A stretch of 64,000 nt of DNA, taken from assembly GCF_003790525.1 (NCBI RefSeq), contig NZ_CP033635.1. One strand, given 5' to 3'. Shown one piece after another: positions 34,527 to 42,417 of this stretch. This stretch comes from Escherichia coli (GTDB taxonomy: Bacteria; Pseudomonadota; Gammaproteobacteria; Enterobacterales; Enterobacteriaceae). The notes under the pieces were generated by a model. It did not search any database, was not told the DNA's origin, and was given only the letters and a program-made list of their open reading frames with translations. The stretch's first letter is position 1. Each line of letters opens with the position of its first letter. The translations under genes were made by a program, and so were the position numbers.

Positions 34527-35039
34527 AAAAAACCTCGTTAAACGATAACAGATAATGAAGAAACTATTATCGTTGAGTCGACACCATCAATTGACCAGAT
34601 ATTTCTGACATTCATAATCAAAAAATTTGACAAAACTGTAAACGTTCGCTTTTTATACCAACACAGAATCCACTCAGTCACACAACCTGTATGCGTCATT
34701 TCCTGCTGTTATTTAAAAAATTTCTCACGTAACAGACATTTCAAAAAAACACTAAAAAATACCAGAACAATTAAGATAATATTACGATCAAATAAGTAAA
34801 AGTCTTTTGTCTGTTATTTTTATTTTCTGTGATTACTGTCATTCTTTCACCACTTTAATTAACATCGCATAATAATCCGGGAGGTGGATAAGATATGAAA
34901 ATTAACTATCCTTTACTGGCGCTGGCGTTGAATTATTACCTGTAGAGCTCACTCCGGATGAGCAGAAAGAACCGATGGTGGCTCTTACTCCACTTTTATC
35001 CACTCCTTCACACAGCACTGTCAGTGCAGGTGCCTGAAA

Positions 35040-35310
35040 GATCTCGTTCCGTCACGGTAAAATGACGCTGGAAAATTCTTCACCAGAACTGCTCACTGTG
35101 TTAATTCGTGAACTGACCTGGGGGGAATGCGTGGTACCCTGCTGTACGGACTAATCGGAACCTGTCGGTTGAACGGTATCGATCCGGAAGCGTATCTGCG
35201 CCATATCCTGAACGTTCTACCGGAATGGCCTTCCTGCATGGTTGATGAACTCCTGCCATGGAATATGGTGCTCCCATTGGGGTAAGCGTCAATACGGCGT
35301 TCGCTTAACT
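35040..35310 (+). mobile_element. IS66-family remnant (TnpC C-terminus plus terminal repeat)
   Basis: Reads ...LIGTCRLNGIDPEAYLRHILNVLPEWPSCMVDELLPWNMVLPLG*, followed by GTAAGCGTC...CGCTTAA-like end sequence. Upstream frames are broken. Confidence 0.7.
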
Positions 35311-35410
35311 TAACACTTACTTTCAAAGCCTGATATCTGTCCTACGCTTTTCCTCAATACCACATCGCCAGCAGGAAACAACCTAATGCCTGTGTTGGGG
35401 TCTGAATTAC

Positions 35411-35470
35411 TAATGATAATCATTTGCATTGTGTATAGCTTATGCTATAAAACATAGCCGTTGCTATGTT
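35411..35470 (+). promoter_or_regulatory. sitA control region: Fur box plus two MntR boxes
   Basis: TAATGATAATCATTTGCAT (35411-35429) is Fur-box-like. TATAGC-ttat-GCTATA (35434-35449) and AACATAGC-cgtt-GCTATGTT (35451-35470) are perfect MntR-type palindromes. Confidence 0.75.
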
Positions 35471-35503
35471 TGTTCTAATTTTACTCACTATAGGTACTGA
35501 ATT

Positions 35504-36418
35504 ATGCACTCAATAAAAAAAGTAACCATGCTCCTGGGGTGCCTCGCCCTCACCTGCTCGATAGCATTTCAGGCGAGTGCAACTGAAAAATTCAAGGTCA
35601 TTACAACATTTACCATCATCGCAGATATGGCCAAAAACGTGGCTGGAGATGCTGCAGAAGTCTCATCCATAACCAGGCCCGGTGCAGAAATTCATGAGTA
35701 TCAGCCTACCCCTGGCGATATTAAACGTGCGCAGGGGGCACAACTGATTCTCGCCAACGGTATGAATCTGGAATTGTGGTTCCAGCGCTTTTACCAGCAT
35801 CTCAGTGGGGTTCCAGAAGTGATTGTCTCTTCGGGTGTGACGCCAGTAGGGATCACCGAAGGCCCCTACGAGGGAAAACCTAACCCTCATGCCTGGATGT
35901 CGCCAGATAATGCTTTGATTTACGTCGATAATATTCGTGATGCGTTGATAAAATACGATCCGGCAAATGCAAAAACATACCAACGTAATGCCGATACTTA
36001 TAAAGCCAAGATTACCCAAACCCTTGCCCCCCTGCGTAAGCAGATTGCTGAACTCCCTGAGAATAAAAGATGGATGGTCACCAGTGAAGGGGCTTTTTCT
36101 TATCTCGCACGCGATTTGGGGCTAAAAGAGCTTTATCTGTGGCCGATAAATGCCGATCAACAAGGAACACCCCAGCAGGTACGTAAAGTGGTTGATATAG
36201 TGAAGAAAAATAATATCCCAGCGGTATTTAGTGAGAGTACGGTTTCCGATAAACCAGCGCGTCAGGTTGCGCGTGAAACCGGCGCACACTACGGCGGTGT
36301 GCTCTATGTCGATTCCCTGAGCACAGAAAACGGCCCGGTACCTACGTATATCGACCTTCTGAAGGTTACTACCAGTACGCTGGTGCAGGGAATTAAAGCC
36401 GGGAAAAGGGAGAAGTAA
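35504..36418 (+). CDS. sitA: Mn/Fe ABC transporter substrate-binding protein SitA (YfeA family)
   Basis: 304 aa with a signal peptide. KFKVITTFTIIADMAKNVAGD...PGAEIHEYQPTP...NPHAWMSP...TSEGAFSYLA is the cluster A-I metal SBP signature, recognised as SitA. Confidence 0.88.
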   Translation: MHSIKKVTMLLGCLALTCSIAFQASATEKFKVITTFTIIADMAKNVAGDAAEVSSITRPGAEIHEYQPTPGDIKRAQGAQLILANGMNLELWFQRFYQHLSGVPEVIVSSGVTPVGITEGPYEGKPNPHAWMSPDNALIYVDNIRDALIKYDPANAKTYQRNADTYKAKITQTLAPLRKQIAELPENKRWMVTSEGAFSYLARDLGLKELYLWPINADQQGTPQQVRKVVDIVKKNNIPAVFSESTVSDKPARQVARETGAHYGGVLYVDSLSTENGPVPTYIDLLKVTTSTLVQGIKAGKREK

Positions 36419-36555
36419 TGATGCAATCTGCGGGTATTGTCGTTAATGGCGTTACTGTCACCTGGCGAAACGGGCAGAAAGCACTGCGCGATGCATCCTT
36501 CACAGTACCAGGCGGATCTATTGCCGCTCTGCTTGGGGTAAACGGTTCCGGTGAA
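36418..36555 (+). pseudogene. sitB: sitB, 5' fragment (truncated at about codon 46)
   Basis: TAATG overlap with sitA. MMQSAGIVVNGVTVTWRNGQKALRDASFTVPGGSIAALLGVNGSG matches SitB up to the Walker A GxxGxG, then diverges. sitC and sitD are absent. Confidence 0.8.
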
Positions 36556-36756
36556 ATCGTCTTGACACGTTTCTGGGCTCGTCATCAGCGGTTGTTGCGA
36601 ATGATCGCCGCCCTGCGATGGTTGATTTATTTTATTGCGCCCCGGCGTCTGCCTTGCCAGGTACCGGAGGCGGGCTCTGAAGGACTGAGTAGGGTGAGCG
36701 CGTCAGGCCGCGAAGTACTGACACGGGAGTTTGTGGCAGGCAGTGAAGTCCTGACC

Positions 36757-37300
36757 AGGGTAAGGGAGGCGCTGACGTGCAGGTCCTGACTGTCAGCCAG
36801 GCGCATGGTGACTGACTTTCTCAATAACCCGCTGTCAGGCGCTCAACGCCCGACAGCAGGCCATGGCCCGGTGTGCAAAGACCTGACGGCAGGTGTTGTG
36901 TCACCCGGAGAAGGTAAATCCCTCAAGAGGCAGCAGCTCAGCCAGTCGGTCCTCAGGCCACTCCGGCAGGCGCGTCAGTACGTCCGTCAGCCAGGCATGT
37001 GGCTCCAGACCATTACGCTTTGCTGTTTCCAGAAGACTCATTATCTGTGCCGCGCGTTTGCCGGCCATCAGCGAGCCTGCGAATAACCATGCCTTTCGCC
37101 CCAGCGTGACCGGGCGGATGGCTCGTTCGCAGATATTGTTGTCCGGTGGCACAGAGCCATCATCCAGAAAACGGCACAGCTCATCAGGTCGTTTCAGGAT
37201 ATAGCTGATAGCCTTATGCAATGGACTGTCTGGCGGACCGCCTGCTCCTGCTCTTGACGGTTTTTTGCCTTGTATATCAGGTTATAGACGAGAAGATTGT
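36757..37300 (-). mobile_element. IS66-family remnant (TnpC C-terminal part and end)
   Basis: Reverse frame reads ...KAISYILKRPDELCRFLDDGSVPPDNNICERAIRPVTLGRKAWLFAGS...LLPLEGFTFSG*. A GTAAGGGAGGCG-type terminus sits at ~36757. Boundaries are approximate. Confidence 0.65.
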
Positions 37301-37694
37301 CGTCTTCGTGGTTTCCGTCAGGAAAAGAGAATGCTCAAAAGTGTATAGTAAGGCGGTCAAACGCATTCGCTGAAATAAGATGTGTCACTTCAGCTTTGCG
37401 TTAACACGACTATTTTTCATCACTCAAGCGGTAGTCCCGGTGACTCACACGTATACGAGTCACCGCTTCAGATTTGAGTATCCGAATTTAAATCAGGGAC
37501 ACAATGGAAGAAGCGAACACTTTCGCATCCTCTTCCTGCAATTCGCAGACTGTCACTCTGCGTCCAGTTCCCTCTTTCCTCAGCAGGTACCAACGCCAGG
37601 CTCCCGACAAAGGTTGACCTGAAACGACCAAATACACAGGAAACAAAATACTGTCAGACAGAACGAGGCGTGCTATACATCACGCCTCAATGCT

Positions 37695-37952
37695 TCAGTG
37701 GCTGATTTTTTTCAGCTGTTCTTCACTCAATCCCGTGATTTTCATGATGGTCTGAAGCCCCATTCCTTCAGCCAACATATTACGCGCCGTTTCCAGTTTG
37801 CCTTCCAGTTGTCCTTCGAGTCGCCCTTCGGCACGGCCTTCCATTCTGCCTTCCATTCTGCCTTCTAGCTTACCGCGCTCCATACCCTGGGCAATACCGC
37901 GCTCAAATCCCTTGACTTCCCCTTCCTGCTTCAGTTGTTCAGCCAGTGTCAT
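37695..37952 (-). CDS. possible in-frame internal ORF (85 aa, RpnS-like C-terminal small protein)
   Basis: Internal ATG at 37952-37950 is preceded by GAGGG with a 7-nt spacer. It would give MTLAEQLKQEGEVKGFERG...SEEQLKKISH. Inferred by analogy only. Confidence 0.35.
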   Translation of the reverse strand: MTLAEQLKQEGEVKGFERGIAQGMERGKLEGRMEGRMEGRAEGRLEGQLEGKLETARNMLAEGMGLQTIMKITGLSEEQLKKISH

Positions 37953-38684
37953 TATGTTGCCCTCATGCTGTGGCAGCCGCTCCGCCAGCGTCTGCAAAAA
38001 CCTTACCGTCACATGTTCACTGCCGTTCAGCAGATAGTGGAACAGAGCCTTCGCCAGCTCTTCATTCAGTGAAGTCTGTATCAGCTGAACCAGCCTGTCC
38101 ATCTGCAGCATGATGTCGCGGCTGCGGCTGTGTTTCATCAGCAGCGTCAGTGCCCCCATTCGGCGGTGTTGCATTATCTCATCGTCATCCAGTACCGTCA
38201 CGTCCACCAGGTGGAACGGTCTGGTGTAGATTTTAGCAGCAAGTTCCGGATTTCTGAAACACTCCAGCCAGTTCATGCTGTACGGGTACGGGCTCCGCTC
38301 ACCGTGGTAGAATAACAGCGGGATCACCAGCGGCAGCTCATGGTGCTGTTCAAAGTGACGCTGCATCGCCGCCACCGCATATCTGAGCATCCTGAACGCC
38401 ATAAACGCGTTTTCCGTACTCTGGTGTTCCGCGAGGCAATAAATATACCCCTCCTCACCGCTGACGGTCTTCATGCTGAACAGCGCATCGCACGCATACT
38501 GTTTCAGATCCTGGTCCACAAAGGTACAGGGCTCCAGCCGCAGCGTCGACAGATCACACAACTGCCGGTATTCCGCCGGAAGATGCAGTTCAACAAAATC
38601 ACGGGCCACCTCTGCTGAGGCCATAAACGCCCTGAAGGCGGCATCATGCGGCGTGGGCGTATTTTTCTCTTTCCTGCTGCTCAC
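37695..38684 (-). CDS. Rpn-family (YhgA-like) PD-(D/E)XK recombination-promoting nuclease
   Basis: 329 aa. The N-terminus TPHDAAFRAFMASAEVARDFVELHLP and the ...DALFSMK...IYCLAEHQS nuclease core are typical of RpnA-E. The C-terminus carries an EG-rich repeat region. Confidence 0.85.
   Translation of the reverse strand: MSSRKEKNTPTPHDAAFRAFMASAEVARDFVELHLPAEYRQLCDLSTLRLEPCTFVDQDLKQYACDALFSMKTVSGEEGYIYCLAEHQSTENAFMAFRMLRYAVAAMQRHFEQHHELPLVIPLLFYHGERSPYPYSMNWLECFRNPELAAKIYTRPFHLVDVTVLDDDEIMQHRRMGALTLLMKHSRSRDIMLQMDRLVQLIQTSLNEELAKALFHYLLNGSEHVTVRFLQTLAERLPQHEGNIMTLAEQLKQEGEVKGFERGIAQGMERGKLEGRMEGRMEGRAEGRLEGQLEGKLETARNMLAEGMGLQTIMKITGLSEEQLKKISH
37800..37871 (-). repeat. six tandem 12-nt coding repeats in the rpn 3' region
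   Basis: Units NCCTTCNNNNNN: GCCTTCCAGTTG, TCCTTCGAGTCG, CCCTTCGGCACG, GCCTTCCATTCT, GCCTTCCATTCT, GCCTTCTAGCTT. They encode (K/R/Q)(L/M/A)EG tetrapeptide repeats. Confidence 0.85.
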
Positions 38685-38918
38685 TGTTTATCTCTTCTGA
38701 ACCAGGTAACATTAACAGAACATGTTTCAGGATATCCGCGCAGTGCGGAACATTACGGCTCACCACTGTGACGGCGGATCATCGCCACCCAGTATCCGAC
38801 AGACCCCTTACTTTGTTCGTAAACATCCTTCCTGCCCCCCTGAATCTCCAGACAACCAATATCACTTAAATAAGTGATAGTCTTAATACTAGTTTTTAGA
38901 CTAGTCATTGGAGAACAG

Positions 38919-39284
38919 ATGATTGATGTCTTAGGGCCGGAGAAACGCAGACGGCGTACCACACAGGAAAAGATCGCAATTGTTCAGCAGAGTTTTGAAC
39001 CGGGAATGACGGTCTCCCTTGTAGCCCGGCAACACGGTGTGGCAGCCAGCCAGCTATTTCTCTGGCGCAAGCAATACCAGGAGGGAAGTCTTACTGCTGT
39101 GGCCGCAGGAGAACAGGTCGTTCCTGCCTCTGAACTTGCTGCTGCCATGAAGCAGATTAAAGAACTCCAGCGCCTGCTCGGCAAAAAAACGATGGAAAAT
39201 GAACTCCTCAAAGAAGCCGTTGAATATGGACGGGCAAAAAAGTGGATAGCGCACGCGCCCTTATTGCCCGGGGATGGGGAGTAA
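38919..39284 (+). CDS. insC: IS2 transposase OrfA (InsC)
   Basis: [41 protein letters not shown]..., 121 aa. The slippery AAAAAAG is at 39236-39242. Confidence 0.93.
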
Positions 39285-40147
39285 GCTTAGTCAGCCGTTG
39301 TCTCCGGGTGTCGCGTGCGCAGTTGCACGTCATTCTCAGACGAACCGATGACTGGATGGATGGCCGCCGCAGTCGTCACACTGATGATACGGATGTGCTT
39401 CTCCGTATACACCATGTTATCGGAGAGCTGCCCACGTATGGTTATCGTCGGGTATGGGCGCTGCTTCGCAGACAGGCAGAACTTGATGGTATGCCTGCGA
39501 TCAATGCCAAACGTGTTTACCGGATCATGCGCCAGAATGCGCTGTTGCTTGAGCGAAAACCTGCTGTACCGCCATCGAAACGGGCACATACAGGCAGAGT
39601 GGCTGTGAAAGAAAGTAATCAGCGATGGTGCTCTGACGGGTTCGAGTTCCGCTGTGATAACGGAGAAAAACTGCGAGTCACGTTCGCGCTGGACTGCTGT
39701 GACCGTGAGGCACTGCACTGGGCGGTCACTACGGGCGGCTTCAACAGTGAAACAGTACAGGACGTCATGCCAGGAGCGGTGGAACGCCGCTTCGGCAACG
39801 ATCTTCCGGCGTCTCCAGTAGAGTGGCTGACGGATAATGGTTCATGCTACCGGGCTAATGAAACACGGCAGTTTGCCCGGATGTTGGGGCTTGAACCGAA
39901 GAGCACGGCGGTGCGGAGTCCGGAGAGTAACGGCATAGCAGAGAGCTTCGTGAAAACGATAAAGCGTGACTACATCAGTATCATGCCTAAACCAGACGGG
40001 TTAACGGCAGCAAAGAACCTTGCAGAGGCGTTCGAGCATTATAACGAATGGCATCCGCATAGTGCACTGGGTTATCGCTCGCCACGGGAATATCTGCGGC
40101 AGCAGGCCAGTAATGGGTTAAGTGATAACAGGTGTCTGGAAATATAG
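39242..40147 (+). CDS. insD: IS2 transposase OrfB (InsD; made as an OrfAB fusion by -1 frameshift)
   Basis: 301-aa ORF with a DDE integrase-core domain (…WCSDGFEF…TDNGSCY…NGIAESF…). Confidence 0.93.
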
Positions 40148-40158
40148 GGGCAAATCCA

Positions 40159-40293
40159 CCTGAATCTGAGGCAGCACCTGGCACGGCTGGGACGGAAGTC
40201 GCTGTCGTTTTCAAAATCGGTGGAGCTGCATGACAAAGTCATCAGGCATTATCTGAACATAAAACACTATCAATAAGTTGGAGTCATTACCGT
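40159..40293 (+). mobile_element. IS1 remnant (last ~135 bp including the terminal inverted repeat)
   Basis: CCTGAATCTGAGGCAGCACCTGGCACGGCTGGGACGGAAGTCGCTGTCG...CATAAAACACTATCAATAAGTTGGAGTCATTACC is the 3' end of IS1. It abuts the IS2 right end directly. Confidence 0.88.
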
Positions 40294-40485
40294 GTTCCCG
40301 ACAGACGACTCGGTGAAAAAAGTGGTGTGGCTGGCAATCCAGTCTGCGTCCCAGAAATGGACGATGCCGTTGAAGGACTGGCGAATGGCAATGAGCCGCT
40401 TTATTATCGAGTTCGGTGACCGCCTGGACGGTCACTTCTGAGAAAAGGCATTTACACAGAATCCTAAACAGGCTCATGTACAGCG
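40294..40485 (+). mobile_element. IS256-family remnant (transposase C-terminus plus end)
   Basis: Reads VFPTDDSVKKVVWLAIQSASQKWTMPLKDWRMAMSRFIIEFGDRLDGHF* (stop at 40439-40441), the conserved mutator-type transposase tail. It starts immediately after the IS1 end. Confidence 0.75.
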
Positions 40486-41211
40486 CTGTACCGGGCAATG
40501 GGTAATACCGGTCACAACCGGTAACCCCAGAGACAATGCAACTGTTTTTAACGCAATATACTGGCCGGATGTATCACCCCGGGCAGCCTGAAAACACCTT
40601 TCCACCCGGCATTGTCCGTCAGCACTTATCACCCGCCATGTCTGTTGCAATAAATCCACCCGTTGCGAACATTCTTCATCAACCGTGGCACTGACCCGTG
40701 GATGGCAAATGCTCGTCTGGCTGAGCAGCAACAGGCATCGCATTGTTGCTCCTCCATGTTGTTCCCGCAACCAGCGTAATACCACCGGTGGTGCTGGACT
40801 GGCCGTGTGATTACGTTCAGTAATACGCTCGTGCACCTGTCGGTAAAAGGAAGTACAGAATGCATGAATCTGTTGTCCGTTGATGTTTCCTTCTGCCGAA
40901 TGGAGTGTGAAGTGGACGGCCAGCAGACGCGGCCAGTGATCCACCGCCTGCTGAATAAAACGCCGGATTTCCACCGGCTCTGAAAGTACGGTTTCGGTTA
41001 TTTGCACGATTTGATCCCCTTGAATGTTGCTGAACCGGTGTCGGTACGCAGGAAAGCACGCCGAGACCGGTACGATGCCTGTTACAGCGAAGAACGAGGA
41101 ATGACAGACGGGGGCAGCAGGTCGCCAGCACCAGGGACAGGGCTGATTTCCACAATACCAACGCTGGTATTTTGCACATTGCCAGCGTACCGGCATTACA
41201 ACACGTTTCAT
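40474..41211 (-). CDS. inovirus-Gp2-like (YagK/YfjJ family) protein, paralog 1
   Basis: The segment ...EIRRFIQQAVDHWPRLLAVHFTLHSAEG...FYRQVHERI... is YfjJ/YagK-like. The ATG at 41211 forms an ATGA overlap with the alpA stop. The Cys/Trp-rich first ~60 codons and the C-terminus next to the IS256 remnant make both ends uncertain. Confidence 0.55.
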   Translation of the reverse strand: MKRVVMPVRWQCAKYQRWYCGNQPCPWCWRPAAPVCHSSFFAVTGIVPVSACFPAYRHRFSNIQGDQIVQITETVLSEPVEIRRFIQQAVDHWPRLLAVHFTLHSAEGNINGQQIHAFCTSFYRQVHERITERNHTASPAPPVVLRWLREQHGGATMRCLLLLSQTSICHPRVSATVDEECSQRVDLLQQTWRVISADGQCRVERCFQAARGDTSGQYIALKTVALSLGLPVVTGITHCPVQRCT

Positions 41212-41444
41212 GCTGCTGCCCCTCGTGATGCCTCGATTCGTTGCTGCATCCACTGCTCCACTTCACTTTTGTACCAGCGGCTGCTGCGCCCCAGTTTGAT
41301 GGGTTTAGGGAAATGGCCTTCACTGATCAGCTTGTAAAACCATTTGTCGGTCATACCAGTGAAGCTGGTGATGTAGTTCATGTCGATCAGGGGATCGTCG
41401 GCACGCAGCAATACGCTGTCGTGACCTGTCATTGAGGTCAACAT
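41208..41444 (-). CDS. alpA: AlpA-family transcriptional regulator / excisionase-like
   Basis: 78 aa. ITSFTGMTDKWFYKLISEGHFPKPIKLGRSSRWYKSEVEQWM is the AlpA/phage_AlpA helix-turn-helix signature. The start could be an internal Met. Confidence 0.85.
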   Translation of the reverse strand: MLTSMTGHDSVLLRADDPLIDMNYITSFTGMTDKWFYKLISEGHFPKPIKLGRSSRWYKSEVEQWMQQRIEASRGAAA

Positions 41445-41512
41445 GGTCAGAATGTCCTCTGTGAGATTTATGAATGTTGGGCAAATGCGGGTGAATCTGC
41501 TGAGCTGAGCTT

Positions 41513-42115
41513 TCAGAGCTGGCCTGCTACGGGATACCAGGGATTACCGGCGAGGTAACGGGCTTCCGGATCGCGCACACCACGACGATCGCGGGCGAAA
41601 TCACTGAACGCCCATATCAGCTCTTTGAGTCTCTCTTCGCAGTCCGGTGAACAACTGTCCAGCACCACATCCCGGGTTATCTGTTTCTGGTACGGTGCCG
41701 CTTCACCCGGTGAGGCGAAGCCCAGCACGTTGCTCCAGGCATCCAGAATCAGCCGATCCAGTTCAGGGCCGTCGAAATACTCCTGCCTGACGCACAGCAC
41801 CACGTGGTATTCCGGCTTTTCAGGATGACGTGTCAGGAGCCAGCAGAGGTCACGTCCGGGGGTTGCATTCATCAGGTCACTGACGGTTTCAATAAAGGCC
41901 ATACCGAACCAGGTCCTGCGGCTGCTGAAGGTATTATCGGGTTCCCACGGCAGACGAAGCAGGATACGTCGTATCCGGGAGCCGGACTGCTCACGCAGCG
42001 CACGGTCAAGAACGCCAATAACTTTGTTCTGATACGAGGGCCAGAAGGGTGCCATGCTGTCGTCGAAATAAGAGAAAGTATTCACAGGATATGCTCCGTT
42101 ATGCGCAGCCCACAA
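41513..42115 (-). CDS. inovirus-Gp2-like (YagK/YfjJ family) protein, paralog 2
   Basis: 200 aa. ...RRILLRLPWEPD...YHVVLCVRQEYF... follows the same pattern as paralogs 1 and 3. Confidence 0.6.
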   Translation of the reverse strand: MWAAHNGAYPVNTFSYFDDSMAPFWPSYQNKVIGVLDRALREQSGSRIRRILLRLPWEPDNTFSSRRTWFGMAFIETVSDLMNATPGRDLCWLLTRHPEKPEYHVVLCVRQEYFDGPELDRLILDAWSNVLGFASPGEAAPYQKQITRDVVLDSCSPDCEERLKELIWAFSDFARDRRGVRDPEARYLAGNPWYPVAGQL

Positions 42116-42417
42116 CGCGTCCTGCCCGGGGATGGATGGGCTGACGGGTTACAGGCTGCGGATGAGGTTGATGGAACAGGTGAAGAACCGACGCTGAGCG
42201 GGAATATCAGGGAAGAACATTCAGGGTGAATGAACTCCGTTGACTTCGGTTCACATCATTAAGCAGGGCGGTAAGGTTTTACCGACAGATTGTTTCCGGG
42301 TGCGGAAGCAGATACCGCTGCTGACTTCATGACGGGTTATCAGAATACGGGATAAGGGCATTGGCTGACTCTCTTACCGTGGCATAAGTTCAGGTACCGG
42401 ATACCGTTTTACCGACC

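Larger units (their letters stand above)
38828..40158 (+). mobile_element. IS2 (IS3 family), apparently full length
   Basis: ...CCCCCTGAATCTCCAGACAACCAATATCACTTAAATAAGTGATAG at the left and GTCTGGAAATATAGGGGCAAATCCA at the right, with insC/insD inside. The outermost ~5 nt of the left end differ from the IS2 sequence as I remember it, so the left boundary is approximate. Confidence 0.85.

Noticed and set aside
34895-34945. SD-led 16-codon ORF MKINYPLLALALNYYL
   Set aside because: It is probably the 5' stump (signal-peptide region) of a gene cut off next to the adjoining IS66 remnant, not a functional small protein.
36418-36789. 123-aa ORF read as an intact gene
   Set aside because: Only about the first 46 codons match SitB. 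After the Walker A glycines the frame runs into unrelated sequence preceding the IS66-family remnant, so I called it a truncated pseudogene.
36712-36890. Repeated CTGAC-containing motifs (GAAGTACTGACACGGG at 36712, GAAGTCCTGACCAGGG at 36745, and others) and a hairpin at ~36830-36858
   Set aside because: They lie at or next to the inferred terminus of the IS66-family remnant. The simplest explanation is subterminal transposase-binding repeats or IS end structure, though the origin of 36555-36757 remains unassigned.
40211-40498. 95-aa minus-strand ORF
   Set aside because: It spans the IS1 and IS256 remnants on the wrong strand. It is an artefact of junction sequence.
40817-41323. 168-aa minus-strand ORF overlapping the first Gp2-like gene and alpA
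   Set aside because: It is an alternative frame of regions already explained by family-supported ORFs, and its sequence is low-complexity.
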